32,265 bases of DNA, taken from NCBI GenBank assembly GCA_051871335.1, contig JBJECS010000286.1:1-32265 (forward strand), read 5' to 3'. The position numbers and the translations under genes were made by a program. This document shows, in pieces, positions 1 to 8,614 of this stretch; position 1 is the stretch's first letter, and each line of letters begins with the position of its first letter. The DNA is from Muribaculaceae bacterium. Its GTDB lineage: Bacteria > Bacteroidota > Bacteroidia > Bacteroidales > Muribaculaceae. Under the pieces are notes generated by a model. It saw nothing but the letters and a program-made list of their open reading frames with translations, was not told the origin of the DNA and did no database searches.

Positions 1-1
1 C

Positions 2-592
2 AGCATTTTAGACAAGTTCATGAGCATCGGGCTCCTTATCCTCGTCATCCTCTTCCAGGAGCAGATTAAGCGATTCCTCGTCGCTATCGGCTCGCACCGC
101 AGATGGAATTTCCTCAAAAAACTTTTCAAGCACAAGCGCCCTAACGACGAGGAAGAAACTAAAAATTGGGTCATGCCTGTCGTTTATGCCTGCATGAACC
201 TCGCGCGCAGCAAGACCGGTGCACTCATCGTAATTCAGCAGGAAGTGAGCCTCGAAAATTTTGAAAATACCGGCGACATCATCGATGCCAAAATTAATTC
301 CCGACTTATCGAAAACATTTTCTTCAAAAATTCTCCCCTCCACGACGGAGCTCTCATCATTGCCGACGACCGGATTAAGTCTGCTGGTTGCATTCTCCCC
401 GTCAGCCACGACACTAACATCCCGCGCGCACTCGGACTCCGTCACCGCTCCGCACTCGGCATCGCACAGGAGACTGACGCCGTCGCCATCGTCGTTTCTG
501 AAGAAACTGGCAATGTTTCTATCGCTCACAAAGGTAAACTTTTCACCAAACTTTCTTCCACCGAGCTCGAGCATCGGCTTTCTCTCGTTTAG
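2..592 (+). CDS. cdaA: diadenylate cyclase CdaA (c-di-AMP synthase), 5'-truncated by the window edge
   Basis: The frame is open from nt 2 with no upstream stop. DisA_N-type motifs are present: GALIVIQ, PLHDGALII, RHRSALGI, AIVVSEETG. Stop TAG is at 590-592. Confidence 0.9.
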   Translation, partial: SILDKFMSIGLLILVILFQEQIKRFLVAIGSHRRWNFLKKLFKHKRPNDEEETKNWVMPVVYACMNLARSKTGALIVIQQEVSLENFENTGDIIDAKINSRLIENIFFKNSPLHDGALIIADDRIKSAGCILPVSHDTNIPRALGLRHRSALGIAQETDAVAIVVSEETGNVSIAHKGKLFTKLSSTELEHRLSLV

Positions 593-613
593 AGCCTCTT
601 TCACGCATAGAAT

Positions 614-649
614 AATTTGACGTTATATTATCATGTTTAACGTCAAATT
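614..649 (+). terminator. perfect 12-bp stem / 12-nt loop hairpin after cdaA; possible intrinsic terminator or protein-binding palindrome
   Basis: AATTTGACGTTA (614-625) is the exact reverse complement of TAACGTCAAATT (638-649). It is followed by TTTTCATT. The stem is AT-rich, so terminator strength is uncertain. Confidence 0.35.
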
Positions 650-658
650 TTCATTACT

Positions 659-1729
659 ATGCATGAATACTGCAACTATCTTTCCATCATAAAGGACTTG
701 AAAGACGCCATTTCCGCTCTTTCTGACAAAATCGACCGGCTCGCCGGTAAACAAGCTGATTTAGAAGTACTTATCCAACAAATAACACATTCCGGCTCGT
801 CTCCCAAAATAAAAAATGCCTCATTTCACAGCATTCCTCAATCCTCTTTTTTCTCTTTCGCCGACTCCATCATCAGAGAACTGAAAGACAGAATGAAAAT
901 CCGAACTTCTGAGACGTATATCGCAACTATGCGCAGTTTCCGCCGTTTCAGAAACAACGCCGACATTCCAATCTCTGCTATCGACTCTTCTATTATCCAA
1001 AATTATGAAAAACACCTCCGTGACACCGGCATTTGCGACAACTCTGTCTCTTTTTACCTCCGAATCCTACGAGCTATCTACAACCGAGCCGTTGAACGTG
1101 GTCTCGCCTCACAGACTTTCCCTTTCAAACACGCATACACTGGTGTAGACAAGACGCAAAAACGCGCAATCTCTCTCACCGACATCGCTCGAATCAAGAA
1201 TTTAAACCTAAAAAACGGCTCTCCCCTCGACTTTGCCCGAGACATGTTCATGTTCAGTTTCTACACGCGCGGGATGTCTTTCGTCGACATGGCATACCTC
1301 AAGAAAAACGACCTCCATTGCGGATTTTTATACTATCGCAGAAAAAAGACCGGACAAAGGCTCGCAATCCGTTGGGAACAAGACATGCAGCGTATCGCCT
1401 CAAAATATTACGACGTCCTGTCTTACCATCTCCTCCCTATTATCCGCAGAAAAGATTCCGACGAAAGACGACAGTACATCTACGCCGAACACAACGTTAA
1501 TCGTAGCCTGCGCATTATTGGCGAAATGCTCGCCCTCCCCATCCCTCTCACCATGTACGTCGCGCGGCACTCCTGGGCAAGCATCGCTAAAAGCCAAAGC
1601 ATTCCATTATCAATCATCAGCGAAGCTCTCGGACACAACTCTGAATCCACCACCCAAATTTACCTCACTTCTCTCGACTCCTCCGCCCTCGACCTCGCAA
1701 ACCGCAAAATAATTCTCGCCCTCAGGTAA
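659..1729 (+). CDS. tyrosine-type site-specific recombinase/integrase (Bacteroidota SAM-like N-domain plus catalytic domain)
   Basis: 356 aa. The N-terminal core-binding-like segment is ETYIATMRSFRRFRN...FYLRILRAIYNRAVERGL. The catalytic region has YTRGMSFVDMAYLKKND (Arg I), YVARHSWAS (xxR-H) and LGHNSESTTQIYL (His/Tyr nucleophile). No other mobile-element genes are adjacent. Confidence 0.85.
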   Translation: MHEYCNYLSIIKDLKDAISALSDKIDRLAGKQADLEVLIQQITHSGSSPKIKNASFHSIPQSSFFSFADSIIRELKDRMKIRTSETYIATMRSFRRFRNNADIPISAIDSSIIQNYEKHLRDTGICDNSVSFYLRILRAIYNRAVERGLASQTFPFKHAYTGVDKTQKRAISLTDIARIKNLNLKNGSPLDFARDMFMFSFYTRGMSFVDMAYLKKNDLHCGFLYYRRKKTGQRLAIRWEQDMQRIASKYYDVLSYHLLPIIRRKDSDERRQYIYAEHNVNRSLRIIGEMLALPIPLTMYVARHSWASIAKSQSIPLSIISEALGHNSESTTQIYLTSLDSSALDLANRKIILALR

Positions 1730-1791
1730 TGCAAAATCCATTCCTTTTACAAAATTATTAAAAATTATTTGCACCACTGAAATATAAACCG

Positions 1792-1799
1792 TAACTTTG
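1792..1799 (+). promoter_or_regulatory. Bacteroidota -7 promoter box TAACTTTG upstream of sppA
   Basis: Exact match to the TAnnTTTG consensus, 91 nt before the sppA ATG. Confidence 0.55.
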
Positions 1800-1889
1800 T
1801 ATAGTCGCATGGAATATACTGACTTTTGCGGCATTTTTAAGTGAATATTAACCGTTAAACTAAAAATACTTTTTAATATTTTTTTCGCT

Positions 1890-3650
1890 ATGCTGAAGCG
1901 TTTTTTCATTTCTACTCTCGCCACCATCACCGGATTGTGGATTAGTTTCGGACTTTTTTTCGTCCTGGGCTTGATGCTAATTGGGCTTGCCGCATCTGTT
2001 GGCGAGACTGACACCGTTGACGTTAAAAACAATTCTATACTCCATCTAAGACTTTACGGTTCTGTCGTTGAGCGTTACCAGCCTTCTACGTTTATCGACG
2101 AAGTTCAGGGTAATAATGGACCCACTTTCGCCCTCGACGAGGCTGTCGCTGCAATCAAATATGCCGCAGACGACAACAAATTTGAAGGTATTTACCTGGA
2201 ATGTGACGGACTTTCCGCCGCTCCGGCTTCGCTCGCTGAAATTAAGCAGGCTTTGGATTATTTCAAGGCTTCTGGCAAATGGATTGTCGCCTATTCAGAC
2301 AATTACCTCCAGGGCGACTACTACCTCGCCGCTTGTGCAGACAAGGTCATGGTAAACCCTATCGGCAGAATTGACATTCATGGTCTTTCTGCTACTACTC
2401 TATATTTCAAGGACTTACTCGACAAACTTGGCGTTGAAGCCCAGATTTTCAAAGTTGGTACTTACAAGAGCGCTGTTGAGCCGTTCATGATTTCTTCTAT
2501 GAGCGACGCTAACCGTGAGCAGCAAGTGGCTTACCTGGGCTCTATTTGGGACTATACTATTTCTGCAATCGCAGCAGACCGAAATATCGCTAAGGCTTAT
2601 GTTAACCAAAACGCTGACTCTCTCCTCGCATTTGAATCTGCAGATGAAGCTGTAAACCGCAGATTTGCAGACATTTGCGCTTACAAGCACCAGGCTAAGG
2701 AAGAACTCATGAGCCGAGTAGGCGTTGATGACGAAGACGAGCTTCAGCTTATCTCTCCTCGCCAGCTCTGCGCTTCCGTTGATATGCCTCACTCCAAAGA
2801 CAACAAAAACAAAATCGCAGTCCTTTACGCTTACGGCGACATCGTAGACTCCGGTTCTGAAGGAATTGTTGGTCCCAAAGTTGTTAAACAAATTGAAGAA
2901 ATCACTGAAGACGACAATATTGGTGGACTCGTTTTCCGAGTAAACTCAGGCGGTGGCTCCGCTTTCGCTTCTGAGCAGATTTGGGAAGCTCTCGAAAGAT
3001 TTAAGGCTACAGGAAGACCGCTGTACGTTTCTATGGGTGACTATGCTGCTTCCGGTGGTTACTACATCTCTTGCGGCGCTGACTCTATCTTCGCTATGCC
3101 TACAACTCTCACCGGCAGCATCGGTATTTTCGGCATAATCCCTTGCGTCGAAAAGACTATGAAAGAAAAGCTCGGCATAAATCCACAGTCTGTCGCTACT
3201 AACGAAAACGCCGGATTCTCCCTCATGCAGAGTTTTACGCCACAGCAGCGTAAGCAATTTCAGAAAAATGTTGAGCGCGGTTACGAGACTTTCACCGGAC
3301 GATGCGCTGACGGTAGAGGTATGACTAAAGACGACATTAAGGCTATCGCTGAAGGTCGCGTTTGGGTTGGCTCAACAGCTCTTCAGCTCGGACTCATCGA
3401 CGGCTTCGCTTCTCTCGACGACGTCATCGCTAAAATGGCTGATACACTCCTCTATAGCGACTATCAGGTCGTTGCTTATCCCAAACTCAAGACCGACTTC
3501 TGGGAAACTTGGGAAGAGATGAAAGAAGACCAGGTCAACGCAGCTCTTAAAGAACAGCTCGGAGATAACTATATGATTTACAAGCAAATACGCGAACTGC
3601 AAAACATGAATCCTATGCAGTGCCGTATGGATAAAGTTATCATTAAGTAA
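1890..3650 (+). CDS. sppA: signal peptide peptidase SppA, 67K type (tandem S49 domains)
   Basis: 586 aa with an N-terminal TM helix (ITGLWISFGLFFVLGLMLIGLAA) and two ClpP/S49-like halves. The Ser-nucleophile region is GDYAASGGYYISCGAD. Confidence 0.9.
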   Translation: MLKRFFISTLATITGLWISFGLFFVLGLMLIGLAASVGETDTVDVKNNSILHLRLYGSVVERYQPSTFIDEVQGNNGPTFALDEAVAAIKYAADDNKFEGIYLECDGLSAAPASLAEIKQALDYFKASGKWIVAYSDNYLQGDYYLAACADKVMVNPIGRIDIHGLSATTLYFKDLLDKLGVEAQIFKVGTYKSAVEPFMISSMSDANREQQVAYLGSIWDYTISAIAADRNIAKAYVNQNADSLLAFESADEAVNRRFADICAYKHQAKEELMSRVGVDDEDELQLISPRQLCASVDMPHSKDNKNKIAVLYAYGDIVDSGSEGIVGPKVVKQIEEITEDDNIGGLVFRVNSGGGSAFASEQIWEALERFKATGRPLYVSMGDYAASGGYYISCGADSIFAMPTTLTGSIGIFGIIPCVEKTMKEKLGINPQSVATNENAGFSLMQSFTPQQRKQFQKNVERGYETFTGRCADGRGMTKDDIKAIAEGRVWVGSTALQLGLIDGFASLDDVIAKMADTLLYSDYQVVAYPKLKTDFWETWEEMKEDQVNAALKEQLGDNYMIYKQIRELQNMNPMQCRMDKVIIK

Positions 3651-3723
3651 CTCACACTCACCACTTTAAGCACTCTTTTAAGCATTTTATCAACCCTCAA
3701 TACGCTTTTTTCCTCTCCCCTTA

Positions 3724-4809
3724 ATGGCAAGAAACAAAATAGCAGAAGCTCTCTTATTATACCCCGCATCATTCCTCTACGGGATTGGTGTAGGCATTCG
3801 CAATATGCTATTTTCCATAGGATGGCTGAAATCTCAAAAGTTTGACATCCCCGTCATTTGCGTTGGGAACATTGCAGTAGGTGGTACTGGCAAAACTCCT
3901 CATACAGAGCATATTATAGACATCCTTAAGTCTAAATACTCAGTCGGTGTGCTTAGCCGAGGATATGGAAGAAAGACTAAAGGCTTCATATACATCGACA
4001 AAAACGCAACCCCTGATACCGTCGGCGACGAGCCTTTCCAGATGTATCGCAAATTTGGCGCCCACGTCATGTTTGCTGTCTGCGAAAAGCGCACCGAGGG
4101 AATACGCAGAATGAGGGAAATAAGCCCCGGTCTACAAGTCATCGTCCTCGACGACGCTTTCCAGCACCAATACGTCAAGCCTTCGCTCTCAATCGTCCTC
4201 ACCGAGTTTAACCGCCCCGTGTTTTACGACCGCCTTATGCCAGTAGGAAGGCTGCGTGAGCCTATGTCTGCGCTAAACCGCTGCGACGCCGTTATTGTCA
4301 CTAAATGCCCACCAAAGCTCAAGCCTATCGAATACAGAATTTTTGCTGATAAACTAAACCTATTCCCTTATCAGCAACTATTTTTCTCTCACTTCGTCTA
4401 TGGCTCGCCTAAGCCGCTTTTCCCCTCCGCTGCAAACTCAAATTTCACAGTTGAGGGCCTGACTGCCGACGACACAGTTTTATCACTGACGGGTGTGGCT
4501 AATCCGCGCCCATTCCTCAGCTATCTGCGCAAGCTAAAGGCACTTGTAAAGGCTAAAACTTACGGTGACCATCACGATTTCTCCACTGAAGACTTCAATA
4601 CTATACTCCGTATTTACAAAAATCTCCCCGGGAAACGCCGATTCATCCTCACTACGGAAAAAGACGCCGTAAAAATCATGAACAGCGAAAATTTCCCCGC
4701 AGCACTGAAGCCTTACATCTTCTTTGTCCCTATCAGCATCAGCATTGAAAACAACGAAAGTGGCTCTTTCGCTGAATTTATCGTCAGTCACATGACAAAA
4801 AAAATGTAA
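3724..4809 (+). CDS. lpxK: tetraacyldisaccharide 4'-kinase (lipid A biosynthesis)
   Basis: 361 aa with P-loop GNIAVGGTGKTP and motifs VLSRGYGRK and VLDDAFQH, typical of LpxK. No promoter box in the 73-nt gap after sppA, so probably co-transcribed. Confidence 0.9.
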   Translation: MARNKIAEALLLYPASFLYGIGVGIRNMLFSIGWLKSQKFDIPVICVGNIAVGGTGKTPHTEHIIDILKSKYSVGVLSRGYGRKTKGFIYIDKNATPDTVGDEPFQMYRKFGAHVMFAVCEKRTEGIRRMREISPGLQVIVLDDAFQHQYVKPSLSIVLTEFNRPVFYDRLMPVGRLREPMSALNRCDAVIVTKCPPKLKPIEYRIFADKLNLFPYQQLFFSHFVYGSPKPLFPSAANSNFTVEGLTADDTVLSLTGVANPRPFLSYLRKLKALVKAKTYGDHHDFSTEDFNTILRIYKNLPGKRRFILTTEKDAVKIMNSENFPAALKPYIFFVPISISIENNESGSFAEFIVSHMTKKM

Positions 4810-4823
4810 TCTCGATGTTTGCG

Positions 4824-4848
4824 GTTATGAAGAAATTTTCATAACTTT
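4824..4848 (+). terminator. weak hairpin after lpxK that overlaps the next promoter box
   Basis: GTTATGAA (4824-4831) pairs with TTCATAAC (4838-4845) across a 6-nt loop, followed by TTT. The stem is AT-rich and only 8 bp. Confidence 0.3.
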
Positions 4849-4849
4849 G
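4842..4849 (+). promoter_or_regulatory. -7 promoter box TAACTTTG upstream of the purine nucleoside phosphorylase gene
   Basis: Exact TAnnTTTG match, 56 nt before the ATG at 4905. Confidence 0.5.
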
Positions 4850-4904
4850 TATGATAAATAAAATTTGTTGAAAATAATAATTTAACGCTTAAAACTAATA
4901 ATCA

Positions 4905-5720
4905 ATGTTAGAACAAATTAACCAAACCGCCGATTTCCTCCGCTCTCGCGTTATCGGCGATATGCCTAAGTTAGCAATCATTCTCGGTACTGGTCTTGGA
5001 CCTATCGCAGACCTTATCGAAGAAAAACAGGTCATCCCATATTCTGAAATCCCTAATTTCCCTATCTCTACCGTTGAAGGCCACGCAGGTTGCCTGATAT
5101 TCGGAGTAATGGGTGGCAAGCGCGTTATGGCTATGCAAGGTCGTTTCCACTACTACGAAGGTTACGACATGAAGCAAGTCACTTTCCCTGTCCGCGTTAT
5201 GCGCGCGCTCGGTGTGGAGACTCTCTTCGTTTCTAACGCTGCTGGTGGTATGAACAAAGGCTTCAAGGTTGGCGACGTTATGGTTATTACTGACCATATA
5301 AACCTTTTCCCGGAAAACCCTCTCCGCGGCAAAAATTACAAAGAGCTTGGCGAGCGTTTCCCTGCCATGACCGAAGCTTATTGCCACGATTATGTCGCTC
5401 TCGCCGACAAAATCGCTGAAGAAAAAGGAATCCGCCTTGTGCACGGTGTTTATGTTGGCACTACAGGCCCTACTTTCGAGACTCCTGCTGAATATGAATA
5501 CTTCCGCGTTATCGGTGGTGACGCCGTCGGTATGTCTACTGTGCCTGAAGTCATTGTTGCTAACCACGCTGGTATGAAAGTATTCGGTATCTCTGTTATC
5601 ACTGACCTCGGTGGCAAGGACATCACTTACGTCCCTACTCACGAAGAAGTACAGCAAGCTGCTATCACTGCACAGCCTGTCACTGTTGCCATCATGAGCG
5701 AAATGGTCGCAAGAGTATAA
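4905..5720 (+). CDS. purine nucleoside phosphorylase, trimeric PunA/PNP-I type
   Basis: 271 aa with motifs [25 protein letters not shown] and [20 protein letters not shown], characteristic of the inosine/guanosine PNP family. Confidence 0.9.
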   Translation: MLEQINQTADFLRSRVIGDMPKLAIILGTGLGPIADLIEEKQVIPYSEIPNFPISTVEGHAGCLIFGVMGGKRVMAMQGRFHYYEGYDMKQVTFPVRVMRALGVETLFVSNAAGGMNKGFKVGDVMVITDHINLFPENPLRGKNYKELGERFPAMTEAYCHDYVALADKIAEEKGIRLVHGVYVGTTGPTFETPAEYEYFRVIGGDAVGMSTVPEVIVANHAGMKVFGISVITDLGGKDITYVPTHEEVQQAAITAQPVTVAIMSEMVARV

Positions 5721-5739
5721 TTTTTCCACCTTACATTAG

Positions 5740-5775
5740 CCACGATGTGCATTTTATGGTACATCGTGGTTTCTA
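5740..5775 (+). terminator. rho-independent terminator after the PNP gene
   Basis: CCACGATGT (5740-5748) pairs with ACATCGTGG (5761-5769). The stem extends by G-U and C-G pairs and is followed by TTTCT. Confidence 0.6.
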
Positions 5776-5837
5776 TTATTCTGAAGGACGTGATTGTCAC
5801 GCCATTATTATTCGTTTTTTAACTCATTTTCATTGAC

Positions 5838-6869
5838 ATGGAAGAAAAACTGACAGAAATTTCCACCCTCGGCGAATTTGGACTCATCGACCACGTGACT
5901 AAGGGTATTGAACTGAAAAACAGCAGCACTATCCGAGGTGTCGGCGACGACTGTGCCCAATTACATTATCCTGATACTGAAATACTTGTCACCACCGACT
6001 TGCTACTCGAAAACATTCACTTCGACCTTACTTACGTCCCCCTTAAACACCTTGGATACAAAGCCGTTGTAGTTAACCTGTCAGATATTTACGCCATGAA
6101 CGGCACGCCACGACAAATCACCGTATCACTCGGAATTTCCAAGCGTTTCGCCGTTGAACACATCGAGCAGCTTTACGACGGTATCCGTCTCGCCTGCGAT
6201 GTTTATGGAGTAGACCTCGTTGGAGGTGACACAACTTCCTCCCGCCAGGGTCTCGTCATTTCCATCACCGCTATCGGAGATGCCCCTAAAGATGAAGTCG
6301 TATCACGATACGGCGCTCACGCAAACGACCTCGTGTGCGTTTCCGGTGACCTCGGCGCCGCATATATGGGGCTACAGCTACTCGAACGAGAGAAAGTCGC
6401 ATCTGCAGGCAACAAAGACTTCACACCCGATTTTTCAGGAAAAGAATACATTATCGAACGGCAACTAAAGCCGGAAGCTCGAAAAGACATCATTCAGAGC
6501 CTAAGAAACGCCGGAATTGTACCAACTTCCATGATTGACATCTCTGACGGACTTTCATCTGAACTCCTTCACATCTGCCACAAAAGCCATGTAGGTTGCA
6601 GAATTTACGAAGACCGTATCCCTATCGACTATCAGACTGCTGTCATGGCGGAAGAACTAAACATGAACCTCGTTACTGCCGCGCTGAACGGCGGTGAAGA
6701 CTACGAACTTCTCTTCACTGTCCCCCTGCACCAACACGAGCAGGTTGAGGCTATACCGGGCATTAAAATCATCGGACACATCACCGACGAATCGCTCGGA
6801 TACGCTATGATTACTCGAGACGGACAGGAAATCCCTCTCCGCGCTCAGGGTTTCAACCACATGCAATAA
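5838..6869 (+). CDS. thiL: thiamine-monophosphate kinase
   Basis: 343 aa with a PurM/AIR-synthase-like fold. Motifs are GVGDDCAQL, TTDLLLENIHFDL, NLSDIYAMNG and VGGDTT. Confidence 0.88.
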   Translation: MEEKLTEISTLGEFGLIDHVTKGIELKNSSTIRGVGDDCAQLHYPDTEILVTTDLLLENIHFDLTYVPLKHLGYKAVVVNLSDIYAMNGTPRQITVSLGISKRFAVEHIEQLYDGIRLACDVYGVDLVGGDTTSSRQGLVISITAIGDAPKDEVVSRYGAHANDLVCVSGDLGAAYMGLQLLEREKVASAGNKDFTPDFSGKEYIIERQLKPEARKDIIQSLRNAGIVPTSMIDISDGLSSELLHICHKSHVGCRIYEDRIPIDYQTAVMAEELNMNLVTAALNGGEDYELLFTVPLHQHEQVEAIPGIKIIGHITDESLGYAMITRDGQEIPLRAQGFNHMQ

Positions 6870-6898
6870 TACAAAAACCCTTTCACACATAGAAAACA

Positions 6899-6931
6899 AA
6901 CCGCCCGAGCTTTCACCCGGGCGGTTATTTT
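6899..6931. terminator. bidirectional terminator between convergent thiL and the DUF4301 gene
   Basis: AACCGCCCG (6899-6907) pairs with CGGGCGGTT (6918-6926). The GC-rich 9-bp stem has T-rich runs on both sides (ATTTTA on plus, TTTGTTTTCT on minus). Confidence 0.75.
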
Positions 6932-6946
6932 ATCTCTATTCTTGAA

Positions 6947-8467
6947 TTACCTGTGCGCCGGACGCAAAAGGTCATTCACAGTCTTCACAGGATTGAATGT
7001 TTCTGCCGGAACCTCCACAAACACCGTGTTCCAGTCACTCATTGCGCCATTCCACAGACCCGGCAATTCAAGTGCCTTCAGGTCTTTGCCATGAAGCGAT
7101 TTAGACGAGATAAAGCCCGTGTCAGGGTCTACATATTTGAGCAAGTCAAACTTCTTCCCCTCTACATCGTCAATATAGCAAACAAGGTCTACCGGATTGA
7201 AGTGAGAGGATGTTGCCACCATTTCTTTATACGCCTCATTTGCAGGGTCTATCTGAGTAGATTCCAGGATTTGAGGCGAAGAAGACCCGTCGCGGTTATA
7301 TGCGATATAAGGGCCACCACCTGGTTCACCCTCATTACGCACCATACCGCACACACGGATAGGACGATTTAGCTTCGCCTTGATATAAAGAGCAAGCTCT
7401 GAGTCTTCCATGTGCTTCATTTTTTCGTCGCGCACGCAAAGTTCATCGTGTAGGAACGCAATCATGCGGCGAAGGTCTTCTATATCATACTTTCCGGTAT
7501 TGAGCATATCAAGGTATAGCGCAATACGGTCGTGGATTTCTATAAGTCGGCCGGCAAGTACTTTCTTGTAGCGTAGGGTTGGAGCACGGTGAGCGTCAGG
7601 AACTACATTGTCGATATTCTTAATGAACACCACAGGTGTCTGAATATCGTTAAGGTTCTGAATAAGAGCGCCATGACCACCGGGGCGGAACAGAAGCTCG
7701 CCATTTTCGCGGAATGGTGTGCCATCAAGGTTTACGGCGATAGTATCTGTTGATGGCTTTTGCTCAGACATTGAGATGTCGTATTTTACACCTAACTTTT
7801 TCTCCATCGCAGGCACCACAGCAGCGAGTTTTGAAGCGAAAAGTTGGCGATGGTTTGTAGATACTGTGAAGTGCAGGCGTACTGTGCCATCCGCTGATGT
7901 TGCATACTGCGCTCCCTCCACGAGTTGCTCCTCGATAGCTGTGCGAGTAGTGTCACCGTATGCATGGAATGTAAGAAGTCCCTTCGGCAAATTTCCATAA
8001 TTCATGCCCTCAGGCTTTACGATTGCACCTATCACCTTGCGGCTCTCTCCCTTCGCAATTAGTGAATCAACGCATTCACCATATAGCCTTTCGCATGTTG
8101 CTTCAAGCTCCGGGAAAAATGCTATTTCATGTATACCCTTCAACAACTTATCCACGTCGCTCCCCGGCTTCGGTGTGTCCGTATCGCCATCTACAAAGGC
8201 AAACAGAGCCTTGAACATGCGGGATGCCGCTCCCGACGCCGGCACAAACTTTGTCACCTTGCCATTATCTGACAGATATTGGTGCCAACGTGCTATTGCC
8301 TGCTCCTCCTCTTCTGTTGATAGTGCGAAGATTGACTTCCCCAGCTTTGCGCTGTCTGATAGACGCAGATATGGGAAACCGGTCACAAAACGCTCAAGTT
8401 GGTCTTTTACTTGTTCTTGTGATATGCCTTTTGAGGCTAATTGTTTAAGGTCTTCGTTAGTGAACAT
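6947..8467 (-). CDS. DUF4301 family protein (~506 aa, function unknown)
   Basis: I trimmed the ORF-track entry (6947..8653) to Met63 (MFTNEDLKQLASKGISQEQV...). The upstream 62 codons are AT-rich low-complexity sequence that overlaps the divergent promoter region. Length and sequence fit my recollection of DUF4301. The family name was not verified by a search. Confidence 0.7.
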   Translation of the reverse strand: MFTNEDLKQLASKGISQEQVKDQLERFVTGFPYLRLSDSAKLGKSIFALSTEEEEQAIARWHQYLSDNGKVTKFVPASGAASRMFKALFAFVDGDTDTPKPGSDVDKLLKGIHEIAFFPELEATCERLYGECVDSLIAKGESRKVIGAIVKPEGMNYGNLPKGLLTFHAYGDTTRTAIEEQLVEGAQYATSADGTVRLHFTVSTNHRQLFASKLAAVVPAMEKKLGVKYDISMSEQKPSTDTIAVNLDGTPFRENGELLFRPGGHGALIQNLNDIQTPVVFIKNIDNVVPDAHRAPTLRYKKVLAGRLIEIHDRIALYLDMLNTGKYDIEDLRRMIAFLHDELCVRDEKMKHMEDSELALYIKAKLNRPIRVCGMVRNEGEPGGGPYIAYNRDGSSSPQILESTQIDPANEAYKEMVATSSHFNPVDLVCYIDDVEGKKFDLLKYVDPDTGFISSKSLHGKDLKALELPGLWNGAMSDWNTVFVEVPAETFNPVKTVNDLLRPAHR

Positions 8468-8498
8468 ATAATAGTAGATTTTTTGGTTATTCCTTTTG

Positions 8499-8506
8499 CA
8501 AAGATA
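8499..8506 (-). promoter_or_regulatory. -7 promoter box (TATCTTTG on the minus strand) for the DUF4301 gene
   Basis: Plus-strand CAAAGATA is the reverse complement of TATCTTTG, about 32 nt upstream of the ATG at 8467. Confidence 0.45.
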
Positions 8507-8581
8507 TAGATTTTTCCCGATAATAACCATAATTTTTGATATAAATTTATGTAATTTTTTCTCTATCTGAAAAATTAGACT

Positions 8582-8589
8582 TAACTTTG
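8582..8589 (+). promoter_or_regulatory. -7 promoter box TAACTTTG upstream of nnr
   Basis: Exact TAnnTTTG match, 26 nt before the ATG at 8615. Confidence 0.5.
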
Positions 8590-8614
8590 TAAATATAAAT
8601 GAAATATTTGCATC

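Noticed and set aside
593-1889. Direct or inverted repeats shared by the two flanks of the recombinase gene (att or TSD-like sequences).
   Set aside because: The best shared element is an 8-mer (CGTTAAAC / GTTTAACG) in AT-rich DNA. I could find no longer flank-to-flank match by eye, so there is no evidence for defined element ends.
2017-2025. Second copy of TTGACGTTA (the arm of the 614-649 palindrome) inside sppA, considered as a partner recombination site.
   Set aside because: Only 9 nt match. By my rough estimate, a 9-mer recurring somewhere in 2 x 32 kb is not improbable by chance (roughly one in four). There is no palindromic partner arm at that site.
4971-5729. 252-aa ORF antisense to the purine nucleoside phosphorylase gene. 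Similar long antisense or alternate-frame ORFs include 8..604, 2415..2891, 30383..31063 and 21308..21742.
   Set aside because: They fully overlap strongly supported genes on the other strand or frame and have low-complexity, motif-free translations. They are the expected by-product of codon bias and stop-codon depletion opposite real genes.
5776-5837. Possible TPP riboswitch upstream of thiL.
   Set aside because: The leader is only ~60 nt after the terminator. It lacks the conserved CUGAGA / ACCUGAUCUGGAUAAUGCCAGCG-type elements as I recall them.
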